DNA from: Candidatus Latescibacterota bacterium
GTDB lineage: Bacteria; Latescibacterota; UBA2968; UBA8231
Direction: 5' to 3'
DNA: 64,000 nt
Assembly (NCBI GenBank): GCA_965219385.1
Contig: CBDCNM010000001.1
Coordinates: 422,631-486,630 of the forward strand
Of the stretch, positions 18,924 through 28,835 are shown one piece after another. The notes beneath the pieces were generated by a model, which worked only from the letters and a program-made list of their open reading frames with translations, was not told the DNA's origin and did no database searches. Each line of letters starts with the position of its first letter. Position 1 is the first letter of the stretch. Both the position numbers and the translations under genes were made by a program.

Positions 18924-20615
18924 TCAGTAATAAAAGATCAGGCAGGCACCCAGAAGGATCGTGATCAGCAGGACGCTGCTGCCGGTAACCCAGGTGCGCG
19001 CAAAGATGCCCTGGGGGCCGTAGTGGTGGTGGGCGCCAGCGATTATCGAGGCGATAAATGCCTTGCTGAATACGAAAAATTGATCGCACAGGGGGCCGCC
19101 AATTCGCGCTACCCCACGGACCGTTCCCGGCAAGAGACGGCGGTAGAGCCAGTCAATGTCGAGATTTACAGACCGCAACTCCGGCGGGTAAAGTCCGGTC
19201 AGCTTTAAAAGCGCAAAGGCCAGGGCCGAGAAGAATAAAATCTGCCATTGCTGGACCATGTGGGCCGCCGTGTAGGGGACGTACTCCACGGGGTAGGGCA
19301 AGAGCTCGTATAGAAAGCGCGGAAAGCAGCCGATCAGAATACACAGAACAGCGCCTATTCCCATGGCAACAAGCATGTTGAAAGGGGCCTCCTTGCAGCG
19401 AATCCCGGAGTCGTGGGCAAAAAAGGCGAAGAAAGGGATCTTGATTCCGGCATAGTGAAAAACCCCTGCCGAGGCGAATAAAAGCATCAGCCAGATGACC
19501 AGGTGCCCCTGACTCGCGGCTTCCGCCATGACCATGGTTTTGCTGACAAAGCCGCTGAAAAACGGGAAGGCCGAGATCGAAGAGGCGCCCACAATGCAGA
19601 ATCCACAGGTCCAGGGCATGGATTTGTAGAGCCCGCCCAGATCGGAACCATTGATGCGCCCCGTGCGCAGCAGCACGGCCCCCATGGACATGAAGAGCAG
19701 CCCCTTGAAGATCACATCGTTAAAGGCATGGGCCACAGCGCCGTTGACGCCCATACCGGCGCCCAGCCCGATACCTGTCACCATGAAGCCGGTCTGGTTG
19801 ATCACGCTGTAGCCCAGGACGCGCCGCAGGTCGTTCTCGATCACCGCATAGAAGATGGGAAACATGGTCATGATGGCCCCGATCCAGATCAATTCCCCGG
19901 TTCCTTCAAAACCGCGGGCAAGGGCATAGACCGCGGTTTTGGTGGTAAAGGAAGCGAGGAACACCGTGCCGGTGGGCGTGGCTGCTGGATAGGCATCCAC
20001 CAGCCAGGTGTGCAGGAGGGGAAAAGCGCATTTGATGCCGATGGCCAGGAACAGGAGCCAGGAGGCCCAGCCGGACAGGCCCATGTGCTCGAAGGTCAGA
20101 GAGCCCGTCTCCTGATAGTGCAGGGCGGCACCGGACAGCAACAACAGACCAGAGGTTGTATGTAGCAGCAGGTAGCGCATACCCGAACGGGCCGAACTGG
20201 AACAACGCCGCGCCCAGATCTGGAATACCGAAGTGATGGCGAGCAGTTCCCAGAAGATGAACAGGGTGATCAGATCTCCGGCAAAGACTGCTCCCACCGC
20301 GCTGCCGGCGTACAGCAGTCCGGTCAGATGCTGGTGGAAGCCTTCTTTGAGGTGCAGGGAGTAGATGGCAGCCAGCAAAGCCGCCAGGTGAAACAGGTAG
20401 CCGAAGAGGAGGCTCAGCCGGTCAATCCGCAGGATTTGAAGTTCGTACCCTGCAAAAGTGGTGTTCCAGGTGGTGCCGGCTGCAAAGCCCAGAAGGTTGA
20501 GGAAACCCAGAATCGGAAGGAGGAGTAGCAGGCCCTGGCGCCATGCGCCGCGCAAGAAGGGCAGGCCCAGGCTGCCCAGCAGTAAAAAGGCGGCCGGGTG
20601 CAGACTACCGCTCAT
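18924..20615 (-). CDS. mrpD: Mrp Na+/H+ antiporter subunit D-like (third paralog)
   Basis: FIFWE, LHTWLVDAYP, FTTK, LGYS motifs. Confidence 0.85.
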   Translation of the reverse strand: MSGSLHPAAFLLLGSLGLPFLRGAWRQGLLLLLPILGFLNLLGFAAGTTWNTTFAGYELQILRIDRLSLLFGYLFHLAALLAAIYSLHLKEGFHQHLTGLLYAGSAVGAVFAGDLITLFIFWELLAITSVFQIWARRCSSSARSGMRYLLLHTTSGLLLLSGAALHYQETGSLTFEHMGLSGWASWLLFLAIGIKCAFPLLHTWLVDAYPAATPTGTVFLASFTTKTAVYALARGFEGTGELIWIGAIMTMFPIFYAVIENDLRRVLGYSVINQTGFMVTGIGLGAGMGVNGAVAHAFNDVIFKGLLFMSMGAVLLRTGRINGSDLGGLYKSMPWTCGFCIVGASSISAFPFFSGFVSKTMVMAEAASQGHLVIWLMLLFASAGVFHYAGIKIPFFAFFAHDSGIRCKEAPFNMLVAMGIGAVLCILIGCFPRFLYELLPYPVEYVPYTAAHMVQQWQILFFSALAFALLKLTGLYPPELRSVNLDIDWLYRRLLPGTVRGVARIGGPLCDQFFVFSKAFIASIIAGAHHHYGPQGIFARTWVTGSSVLLITILLGACLIFYY

Positions 20616-20901
20616 AGTAATCCTCCGCGCGCATAAGTAGCTTGCGCATCTGGGTGGCGATCAATACCAGGAGGACGCAGGCCACAAAACCGTAGATGGC
20701 GTAATAGCCCAACCAGCCTTCCGCGGCAAATTCGCCTTCCGCAAAACTGGGATGGCGGTGGACCACGAAATCCAGAGCGATCATCGCGACGCATACGGCA
20801 AAGAAGATCCGGAGCAACCGTTTGACATTTCCGGGATTGTCGAAAACATGCTTTTTCTCTGGTGCAGGATCGTTGTTTTGGCTTGATGTTTCGGATTCCA
20901 T
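20605..20901 (-). CDS. Small 2-TM membrane protein in the Mrp operon
   Basis: Two hydrophobic segments and a C-terminal R.EDYY; tightly packed between (overlapping the downstream) mrpD genes. Confidence 0.75.
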   Translation of the reverse strand: MESETSSQNNDPAPEKKHVFDNPGNVKRLLRIFFAVCVAMIALDFVVHRHPSFAEGEFAAEGWLGYYAIYGFVACVLLVLIATQMRKLLMRAEDYYER

Positions 20902-20902
20902 C

Positions 20903-22363
20903 TCAGAATACTCCGATAGGGCGAACCAGGTTCAGCAAAGGGTCGGAATACAGGAATAAAATCAGGCAGCCAGCCGCCGTGAGAAGCAAGGGTACCACGC
21001 AAGCGACCGGGGCCTCCTTGATCCCACCACCAGCCTCCTCCTCCGCCGGAACAAAGAAGGCATTCACCACAATGGGTAGCAAGTAGACGATGTTGAGCAG
21101 GGAACTGATGATCAGGACCCCGACTGCGAAGAATTGTCTGGCGTCCATGGCTCCGAGAACCAGGTACCACTTGCTCCAGGCGCCGGCAAAAGGGGGTAGC
21201 CCGATGATGCTCAGAGAGCCGATCAGGAAGGCGCACATGGTGAAGGGCATTGGCCGGCCGATGCCCTTCATGTCGCTGATCCGGGTCTTGTGGGTTGCCA
21301 CCAGGATGGCCCCGGCACAGAAAAACAAGGTAATCTTGCCGCAGGCGTGCATGGCGATGTGCATACTGCCGCCGATCACGCCCCAGCTGTTGGCAAGGGC
21401 GGCACCGAGCACGATGTAGGAAAGCTGGCTGACCGTGGAGTAGGCCAGGCGGGCTTTGAGGTCGTCCTTGGTCAGCGCTACCAGAGAGGCAATCAGGATG
21501 GTCCCCCCGGCCGCGTAGATCAACCATGTGCTCAAGCCGGTGTGGTCGAGCAGGTCGATGCCGAACACGTAGACGACGACTTTCATCACCGTGAAGACGC
21601 CGGCTTTGACCACGGCGACCGCGTGCAGCAGGGCGCTGACCGGGGTCGGCGCCACCATGGCGGAGGGCAGCCAGGAGTGGAAGGGCATCAGGGCGACCTT
21701 CCCGGTTCCAAAGGCGTACAGGGCCAGCAGCACGCCGATGACGGTGTCGCTCGCCTTGCCTGCAAGTATACCCCCCGGGGTAAAGTCGAGGGTGCCCGTC
21801 AGGTGCCAGGTCCAGACCAAGGCGAGCAATAAAAAACCGACCGAGGTGCTGGTTAACAGGCCCATGTAGACTCGACCGCCCCGCATGGCCTCCGGGGTCC
21901 GGTGGTGGGTGACGAGTGGGTAGGTCGACAGGGTCAGCACCTCGTAGAAGATGAACAGGGTGAGCATGTTGCCGGCGAAGGCGACGCCCATGACAGCGGC
22001 TATGGCCACGGCAAAGAAGACGTAGAAGCGGGTCTGGTTTTCTTCGTGGTGACTCCGCATATAACCGATTGAGTAGATCGAGGTGATGATCCACAGGACC
22101 GATGCAATCAGGGCGAAAAGCATGCCGAGGGGCTCTATCTTGAAATCCAGGGCCAGGCCGGGCATGATTTCGAGCAACTGGATCCCGGGCCGGGCGCCGG
22201 CGAGCACTTCGGGGACCAGGGACAGGACGACGAGGACGAGGAGCCCACCGGTGATCAGGGTCGCGGCTTCGCGCAGGTTGGGGCGTGGTCCCAGGAGCGC
22301 GATAAGCGGGGCGCCGATCAAAGGCAGGGCAATGGCGCCCAGGATGGCAGTGGACGGACTCAT
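20903..22363 (-). CDS. mrpD: Mrp antiporter subunit D family (second paralog)
   Basis: FIFYE, WLPSAMVAPTPVSALLHAVAVVKAG, LAYSTVSQ; ATG 22363 overlaps the previous stop. Confidence 0.88.
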   Translation of the reverse strand: MSPSTAILGAIALPLIGAPLIALLGPRPNLREAATLITGGLLVLVVLSLVPEVLAGARPGIQLLEIMPGLALDFKIEPLGMLFALIASVLWIITSIYSIGYMRSHHEENQTRFYVFFAVAIAAVMGVAFAGNMLTLFIFYEVLTLSTYPLVTHHRTPEAMRGGRVYMGLLTSTSVGFLLLALVWTWHLTGTLDFTPGGILAGKASDTVIGVLLALYAFGTGKVALMPFHSWLPSAMVAPTPVSALLHAVAVVKAGVFTVMKVVVYVFGIDLLDHTGLSTWLIYAAGGTILIASLVALTKDDLKARLAYSTVSQLSYIVLGAALANSWGVIGGSMHIAMHACGKITLFFCAGAILVATHKTRISDMKGIGRPMPFTMCAFLIGSLSIIGLPPFAGAWSKWYLVLGAMDARQFFAVGVLIISSLLNIVYLLPIVVNAFFVPAEEEAGGGIKEAPVACVVPLLLTAAGCLILFLYSDPLLNLVRPIGVF

Positions 22364-23841
22364 GGGGCCTCCCCCGCCAGCAATGCGGCCGCCCGCCGGG
22401 CCACCCCGGCGGTCAGCGAGGTCGAAATTCCGCAATACAAGATAGCGCCGATCAGAATCCACATGGGGAAAAGCATCCCCACGGGGGCTTCCCGGACCTG
22501 GCTCTCTTCTTCGGCAGGCTTCTGGAAATAGGCGGCTTCGACGATGCGCCAGACGTAGATCACGGTGAGCAGCGAGCCGAGCAGCACCAGAAAAGCAACC
22601 GGCCACCAGCCCCGTTCCAGGGCTGCGAGGACGAGGTACCACTTGCTGATAAAGCCGACGGTCAAAGGCACGCCTATGAGGCTAAGGCCACCGAGGACGA
22701 AAGCCGCCATGGTCACGGGCATGCGCCGACCGAGGCCGCGCATGTCAACGAGCTCGACCGAGCCGAGGCGCCAGGCGATACAACCCATGGCGAGGAAGAG
22801 CGCGCCCTTCATCAAGGCGTGATTGAACAAGTGGACGATGCCGGCGGTGAGGCCGGTCGCGGAGGCGAAGCTGATCCCCAGCATCGCATAGCCAACCTGG
22901 GCCACGCTCGAATAAGCCAGCATGCGCTTGATGTTGGTCTGAAAAATGGCGACGGTTGAGGCGACGAAGATAGCCACCAGGGCCAGGGGCATCAAAATGG
23001 CATCGAAGCGCATGGTTGCAAAGGCAAAATTCGTCCCGAAAATGGAAAAGACAAAGCGCAGAAACACATAAATAGACACCTTGGTAGCCGTGGCCGCGAG
23101 AAAGGCCGTCACCACCGAGGGGGCATAGGCGTAGGCGTTGGGTAGCCAAAAGTGCAGGGGAAACAGAGCTAGCTTCAAGCTAATGCCTAGGCCCAGGAAG
23201 GCAAAGGCCACTGTGACTGTACGGGTATGGCTCACCGGCCCCAGGCGGGTTGCCAGGTCGGCCATGTTGAGGGTGCCGGTCATCATGTAGAGCAAACCGA
23301 TGCCTATGACGACGAAAGTGGCTCCCACCGTGCCCATGACCAGGTACTGGTAGGCTGCGGTCAGGGCGCGGCGATCCCGTCCGAGGCTGATCAGGGCACA
23401 GGAAGACAGGGATGAAATCTCGAGGAAAACAAACAGGTTGAAGGCATCCCCTGTGATGACGATGCCGAGCAGACCCGCAAGGCAGAGGAGATAGGCGGTG
23501 TAGAACAGATAGTGCCGATCCCGTGGGATTTCACGGGCCAGGCTGGATGGTGCGTAGAGCAGGACAATAGCGCCGATCAGGGCGACCAGGAGCAGGATAT
23601 AGGCATTGACGACATCAATCCGGTACTCAATTCCCCAGGGGGCGCTCCAGCCGCCGAGTTCGTAGGAGATGGCGCCTTCGCCGAGGACGCGGATCAGTAG
23701 CAGGGCGGCTATGGCCAGCGAGGCCCAGCTTGCGGCGAGAGCGAATGTATAGACCAGAGCGTTGCGCCGCAGCAGCACGCAGATTGGAGCCGCCGCCAGC
23801 GGGACGACGATCTGCAAGATGGGAAGATGAGCGGCGATCAC
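22360..23841 (-). CDS. mrpD: Mrp antiporter subunit D
   Basis: DAFNLFVFLE, LHFWLPNAY, KRMLAYSS. Confidence 0.9.
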   Translation of the reverse strand: MIAAHLPILQIVVPLAAAPICVLLRRNALVYTFALAASWASLAIAALLLIRVLGEGAISYELGGWSAPWGIEYRIDVVNAYILLLVALIGAIVLLYAPSSLAREIPRDRHYLFYTAYLLCLAGLLGIVITGDAFNLFVFLEISSLSSCALISLGRDRRALTAAYQYLVMGTVGATFVVIGIGLLYMMTGTLNMADLATRLGPVSHTRTVTVAFAFLGLGISLKLALFPLHFWLPNAYAYAPSVVTAFLAATATKVSIYVFLRFVFSIFGTNFAFATMRFDAILMPLALVAIFVASTVAIFQTNIKRMLAYSSVAQVGYAMLGISFASATGLTAGIVHLFNHALMKGALFLAMGCIAWRLGSVELVDMRGLGRRMPVTMAAFVLGGLSLIGVPLTVGFISKWYLVLAALERGWWPVAFLVLLGSLLTVIYVWRIVEAAYFQKPAEEESQVREAPVGMLFPMWILIGAILYCGISTSLTAGVARRAAALLAGEAP

Positions 23842-24194
23842 GGTTCCTCGTCCCGACGCTGAATTTCGTCTTCCTCGATGGTCCCGTAGGCTTCTTTTAT
23901 GCGCACCACCAGAGCCAGGCCCAGGGCCGTGGTCGCGATACCGACGACGATGGCGGTCAGAATGAGAACATGGGGTAGCGGGTTCGAATAAGCAGAGGTC
24001 CCCTCGGCGACGATCGGGGCGGTGCCCCCGCGGACTTTGCCCATGGTGATATAGAGCAGAAAAACAGAGGTTTGAAAGATGTTCAAGCCGACGATCTTCT
24101 TAAGCAGATTGCCGCGGGAAATGACGATGTAGAATCCGGTCATCATCAGAAAAATGACGATCCAGTAGTTGTAGAGTCCAGGGAATCCCATCAC
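23838..24194 (-). CDS. mrpC: Mrp antiporter subunit C
   Basis: NPLPHVLILTAIVVG. Confidence 0.92.
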   Translation of the reverse strand: MMGFPGLYNYWIVIFLMMTGFYIVISRGNLLKKIVGLNIFQTSVFLLYITMGKVRGGTAPIVAEGTSAYSNPLPHVLILTAIVVGIATTALGLALVVRIKEAYGTIEEDEIQRRDEEP

Positions 24195-24610
24195 GAGCGC
24201 TGCCGTTCGGCAAAAGCGAAAAAGATGGTGATCATAACCGCGGCAACGGTTATCCCGACGCCCAGTTCAATCAGGAGAATCCCCAGGTGCTGACCGTGGA
24301 CGGGATCGTGCTGCAAGACGTTGTAGTCGAGGTAATTGCCGCCCAGAAACAAGGACGCAAAACCGGTTCCGACGTAGAGCAGCAGGCCCAGGGCGGCCAG
24401 GGACTGCACGAGGGCCGGCGAGGCTACTTTTCGAGTTTCGTCGAGACCAAAGATGAGGGTGTGCAGAACAAAGGCCGCAGCAAAAATTACCCCTGCCTGG
24501 AACCCTCCTCCGGGCCCGAAATCTCCATGGAATTGCACGTACAGGGCGAATAAAAGGATGAAAGGAGTGAAGAGCTTGGCAATGACCCACAATACGATGT
24601 GGTGCCTCAC
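24191..24610 (-). CDS. mrpB: Mrp antiporter subunit B
   Basis: HGDFGPGGGFQAG. Confidence 0.92.
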   Translation of the reverse strand: MRHHIVLWVIAKLFTPFILLFALYVQFHGDFGPGGGFQAGVIFAAAFVLHTLIFGLDETRKVASPALVQSLAALGLLLYVGTGFASLFLGGNYLDYNVLQHDPVHGQHLGILLIELGVGITVAAVMITIFFAFAERQRS

Positions 24611-25155
24611 CCGTCATCCTCCTCTTTGCGGCGGACCCGTAAGCCGCCCAGCAGTAACAAAACGCCAATTCCGGCAGTGAAAATTACGGTGGTCTCTCCC
24701 AGGGTATCGTAGCCTCTGTAGCTGGCGAGGACCGAAGTGACCATGTTGGGCACCCCGATTTCTCTGGGAGATTGGTTGATATAGCGGGGTGCGACATGCT
24801 GGTGAACCGGTGCGGCGGGATCGCCGTAGGGCGGCATGTCGAGGGTGCCATAGACCAAGGTTGCGCCCGTTGCCAGCACCACGATCAGGGGCCACCAGGG
24901 CCTGGGGGTGGGTTTTTCTTCTTCGCTTCTGCTCAGGGTCAGGGCCCCGATTCCGAGTACGGTAGCGATCCCTGCCCCTACGGCCGCCTCGGTGAAGGCG
25001 ACGTCCACGGCATCCAGCAAAAGGAACATGCCGGCGGAGAGCAAACTGAAAAAGCCGGATACCACGAGGACCGCTAACAAGTTGCGCAGGCGGGCCACGG
25101 TAACCGCTGTGATAGCCATAAACGCGAGCAGTACCACATTGATCAGTTCGATCAC
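24607..25155 (-). CDS. DUF4040/MrpB-related Mrp subunit
   Basis: DVAFTEAAVGAG, NMVTSVLASYRGYDTLGE; GTG start at 25155. Confidence 0.88.
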   Translation of the reverse strand: MIELINVVLLAFMAITAVTVARLRNLLAVLVVSGFFSLLSAGMFLLLDAVDVAFTEAAVGAGIATVLGIGALTLSRSEEEKPTPRPWWPLIVVLATGATLVYGTLDMPPYGDPAAPVHQHVAPRYINQSPREIGVPNMVTSVLASYRGYDTLGETTVIFTAGIGVLLLLGGLRVRRKEEDDG

Positions 25156-25472
25156 GATCCCTCGGACTCCTTCTCGAGCAGGGGATTCAGACCGGACAGG
25201 CGCGCTGCCTTGGCCAGGGCGTGGGCGGCAGTGGGACTGGCCATTAGAAGAAAGAAGAGGATCATTGCGAGCTTCGCGGTCACCAGAGAAAGGCCGCTGT
25301 ACACCATCAAGCCGAAAAAGATGAGCCCGGCTCCCAGGGTATCGGTAATACTGACACCGTGCAGGCGGCTGAAGAAATCCGGCAAACGCAAAATCCCGAT
25401 TCCGCCGACGATGGAAAAAAAAGAACCCGCGAGGATAGAGGCCCAACTGACTATATCGCGGAGCAATTCCAC
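25152..25472 (-). CDS. mrpG: Mrp antiporter subunit G
   Basis: RLPDFFSRLH, PTAAHALA. Confidence 0.92.
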   Translation of the reverse strand: MELLRDIVSWASILAGSFFSIVGGIGILRLPDFFSRLHGVSITDTLGAGLIFFGLMVYSGLSLVTAKLAMILFFLLMASPTAAHALAKAARLSGLNPLLEKESEGS

Positions 25473-25759
25473 TAGGCTTCGGCCTTCCTGTCTTTTTCGC
25501 CGGTTGCGGCGAAATTGCCGTATTCGACGAATTTGAGCACGGCGATGGTTATGACGAATCCCAAAACGACGTAGATGAGCGCCAGGTCCAGGAAATCCGG
25601 TCGTCCGGTGAGGAAACCTATTACCGCAATCAGCAGAATCGTCTTGGTCCCGGCCATGTTCACGGCCAGTATCCGGTCGTAAACGGTCGGCCCCAGGACG
25701 ACGCGGGTCAGGGCCAGGGCCATGGTCGCGAGGATGGCCACCATTGCCACGACAAACAT
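25472..25759 (-). CDS. mrpF: Mrp antiporter subunit F
   Basis: GPTVYDRILA. Confidence 0.92.
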   Translation of the reverse strand: MFVVAMVAILATMALALTRVVLGPTVYDRILAVNMAGTKTILLIAVIGFLTGRPDFLDLALIYVVLGFVITIAVLKFVEYGNFAATGEKDRKAEA

Positions 25760-26244
25760 CAGGCCATCCCTTCCATGGCAGCGACGCGGCGATCCATCTC
25801 GCCGGCCATAAGCTCTTCAGCGCCTTCGCGCGAAAGCGCGTGGACCGTAATCACATCCTCTTCGATATCGACCGAAACCGTTCCCGGGGTCAGGGTGATG
25901 GAGTTGGCGTAAACCACCTGCCCCAGGGCGCTTTTCTGGGTCGCGTTGATCCGAATCAAGGTCGGACTGATCGGCAGCTCGGGATGGAGGATGCGGCGGG
26001 TGACATCGATGTTGGCTTTGACAATGGCCCACAGCAGCCAGGGCGAGTACAGCAGAGCGCGCCCCAGCAGGTGGATTGGATGCCCTTCGGGATCGGCGAT
26101 CCCCATGCGCACGGCAATGACGCTGGTGGCCGCGCAGGAAACAATGCCGAGGATGAGAAGCAGGGTGGAATCAAAGGTGTAGTGGCCAGACCACAACAGC
26201 CAGACGACAAATAGCGAAAACCCCATGCTGATGCCGTATTTCAA
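25759..26244 (-). CDS. mrpE: Mrp antiporter subunit E
   Basis: ANSITLTPGT, VHAL. Confidence 0.92.
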   Translation of the reverse strand: MKYGISMGFSLFVVWLLWSGHYTFDSTLLLILGIVSCAATSVIAVRMGIADPEGHPIHLLGRALLYSPWLLWAIVKANIDVTRRILHPELPISPTLIRINATQKSALGQVVYANSITLTPGTVSVDIEEDVITVHALSREGAEELMAGEMDRRVAAMEGMA

Positions 26245-26305
26245 GACGCCTCCTCAGAGCTTATGTAAAGCTGCGTAAGAGCACTAATTTCACTAATCTA
26301 TATAC

Positions 26306-26369
26306 ATACTTTGGAAAACGAAAGTCAAGGAAAATACTTTGGAAAACGAAAGTCAAGGAAAACTTTGGA
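26306..26369. repeat. 28-bp tandem duplication (2 copies plus a partial third) in the mrp promoter
   Basis: ATACTTTGGAAAACGAAAGTCAAGGAAA at 26306 and 26334; contains minus-strand TTGACT. Confidence 0.9.
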
Positions 26370-26522
26370 GGCTGATATACAGATGCTTTCAAGCCGATCT
26401 GTTGCCCTGAATGACAAGGCACTTTACCTTAATAACTACGGAGAGCGACTCGGGGCGCCGGAGGACCTCGATTGGGAAGCGAATCGCATCAATTTGCTCT
26501 ACCCGGTGAAAGATATAGAAGG

Positions 26523-27821
26523 ATGCTGACCCGTTCCATTTCACTGGCCGAGACCCTGGCCGCCCTGCGTTGCGGAGAACTCGATTTGCAGCAACACGTG
26601 CGCGCGCTATGCGAGCGGGTGGATGAAGTCGAGGGAGAGGTCCGGGCGCTGGTGCCCGAGCCGGAGCGGCGTCGGCGCCTGCTCCAGGAGGCCGGCCAGC
26701 TGCAGGCGCAGTACCCGGATCCTGCTCAGCGTCCCCTGCTCTACGGCGCCCTGGTCGGAGTCAAGGATATCTTTCACGTGGATGGTTTTTTGACCCGGGC
26801 CGGTACCCGGGTTCCCGCGGAACTCTTCGCCGGGGCAGAGGCAAGCTGCGTCCGTGCCTTGCGCCAGGCCGGGGCCCTGATCCTGGGCAAGACCATCACC
26901 ACGGAATTTGCTTATTTCGAACCCGGGGCCACGCGCAATCCCCACCATCCCGCCCATACCCCGGGCGGATCGAGCAGCGGTTCGGCCGCGGCGGTAGCCG
27001 CCGGGTACTGTGCCTTAAGTCTGGGTAGCCAGACTATCGGGTCCGTGATACGGCCGGCTGCTTTTTGCGGTGTTGCCGGCTTCAAACCCAGCCGCGGACG
27101 GATCCCCCCCCAGGGTTTGATCTGCTTCTCGAAGTCGGTCGACCAAGTAGGGGTGTTCGGCCAGGATGTAGCGGGTTTGCAACAGGCCGGTTCGGTGCTG
27201 TGCCGGGGCTGGGCCCAAAGGTCCCCTGGGGGCCGGCCGGCGCTAGGGGTGCCGATGGGACCCTACCTGGATCAGGCCGAGGGCACCGGGTTGCGGGCCT
27301 TTGAACATCAGGTGGAGCAGCTGCAGGCGGCCGGATACGAGGTGAAATGGGTGGAAGCGCTGGCGGGCATTGTCGGGATCAACCAGCGCCATCAGCGGCT
27401 GATTGCCGCGGAGATGGCCCGGGTGCACGCCTCCTGGTTCGCCGAGTACGGGGCGTTGTATCGTCCCCGAACCGCGGCGCTTATCCAGGAGGGCAAGGAG
27501 GTCCGTGCCGAGGCGGAGGAGAACGCTCGAGCCGGATGCCTGCGATTGCGAGTCGAATTGGAGAAACTCATGGGGGGGAACGGGATCGATGTGTGGATCT
27601 GTCCCTCTGCTCCCGGTCCGGCTCCCGAGGGGCTCGACAGCACGGGCGATCCCGTCATGAATCTGCCCTGGACCCACGCCGGTCTGCCGGTGCTGGGCCT
27701 GCCGGCGGGCCGGGCTGCCAGTGATCTGCCCCTGGGGCTGCAGTGCGTGGCCGGATTTATGCAGGACGAGGTTCTGCTGGCCTGGGGCGAAGAATTGGCC
27801 GCGGTGCTGAGTACAGTCTAA
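26523..27821 (+). CDS. Amidase (amidase signature family)
   Basis: VGVKD, PGGSSSGSAAAVA, GSQTIGSVIRPAAFCG. Confidence 0.9.
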   Translation: MLTRSISLAETLAALRCGELDLQQHVRALCERVDEVEGEVRALVPEPERRRRLLQEAGQLQAQYPDPAQRPLLYGALVGVKDIFHVDGFLTRAGTRVPAELFAGAEASCVRALRQAGALILGKTITTEFAYFEPGATRNPHHPAHTPGGSSSGSAAAVAAGYCALSLGSQTIGSVIRPAAFCGVAGFKPSRGRIPPQGLICFSKSVDQVGVFGQDVAGLQQAGSVLCRGWAQRSPGGRPALGVPMGPYLDQAEGTGLRAFEHQVEQLQAAGYEVKWVEALAGIVGINQRHQRLIAAEMARVHASWFAEYGALYRPRTAALIQEGKEVRAEAEENARAGCLRLRVELEKLMGGNGIDVWICPSAPGPAPEGLDSTGDPVMNLPWTHAGLPVLGLPAGRAASDLPLGLQCVAGFMQDEVLLAWGEELAAVLSTV

Positions 27822-27928
27822 GAGGCCATCTCAAAACCTCCGGCGGCCGCCTTTGCAGCCGGGCTTCTAAGGAAGGCGAGGCCCGGAGGGAGATCATCCG
27901 ACTGAAATAGTCGAAGAAGGAGTTGGAT

Positions 27929-28792
27929 ATGCTGACCAAGGAACAGGTTGCTTTCTACCGTGAGAACGGGTACATCGGAGTGGAAAACGTGCTTTCCGCC
28001 GAAGAAGTAGAGGCCTTGCGCAAAGTCACGGACGAGTTTGTCGAAAAGTCTCGTTTGCTCACCGAGAACGACGAGTTTTTCGACCTGGAACCGGATCACG
28101 CCCCCCAGGCGCCACGACTGCGCCGGATCAAACGGCCGGCGAGCCAGCATCCGGTCTACGACCGCACCCTGCGCCACGACCGCATCCTGGAGATCGTGGC
28201 CCAGTTGATCGGTCCGGCCATCCGCTACAACGGGGACAAGCTCAACATGAAGTCGGCTGAATTCGGCAGCAAAGTGGAATGGCACCAGGACTGGGCCTTC
28301 TATCCGCACACCAACGACGACCTGCTGGCCGTGGGCGTGGCTCTAGACGATATGTCGGCCGAGAATGGATGTCTGCTGGTGCTTCCAGGTTCGCACAAAG
28401 GCAAGGTTTACGACCATCACCACGACGGGCGCTTCGCCGGTGCGGTCACGGAAGCCGATTTCGACGATTCGGATGCCGTCCGGGTCGAATTGAAAGCCGG
28501 CGGCATTTCCATTCACCACGCGCGGACCCTGCACGGTTCTCTGCCCAATACCTCGAACCAGTCCCGGCGTTTGCTGCTGTTCCAGTACTGTGCTGCCGAT
28601 GCCTGGCCATTGCTCAAAGGCAACTGGGACGAATTCAGCGACATGCTGCTGCGCGGCGAGCTCACCTGTGCGCCGCGGCTCGAGCCGGTGCCGGTGCGGC
28701 TGCCGTTGCCTCCCGCGGTCCGTCAGGGTTCGATCTACGAGGTTCAGGGTATCCTCGAACGCAGTACCTTCAACAAAGTGGCGTCGGGCTGA
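27929..28792 (+). CDS. Phytanoyl-CoA dioxygenase family protein
   Basis: WHQD, PGSH, LHGS..N....RR. Confidence 0.9.
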   Translation: MLTKEQVAFYRENGYIGVENVLSAEEVEALRKVTDEFVEKSRLLTENDEFFDLEPDHAPQAPRLRRIKRPASQHPVYDRTLRHDRILEIVAQLIGPAIRYNGDKLNMKSAEFGSKVEWHQDWAFYPHTNDDLLAVGVALDDMSAENGCLLVLPGSHKGKVYDHHHDGRFAGAVTEADFDDSDAVRVELKAGGISIHHARTLHGSLPNTSNQSRRLLLFQYCAADAWPLLKGNWDEFSDMLLRGELTCAPRLEPVPVRLPLPPAVRQGSIYEVQGILERSTFNKVASG

Positions 28793-28835
28793 AACCCGGA
28801 ACACACTACGGGGTTGGCAGTATACTGAGAATGGC

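Noticed and set aside
26306..26369. CRISPR-like repeat
   Set aside because: Copies are directly adjacent with no spacers, and there are no cas genes.
27820..27840. GAGGCCATCTCAAAA, and similar GAAGCTGTCTCAAAA near 60411, resembling IS ends
   Set aside because: No partner inverted repeat or transposase found.
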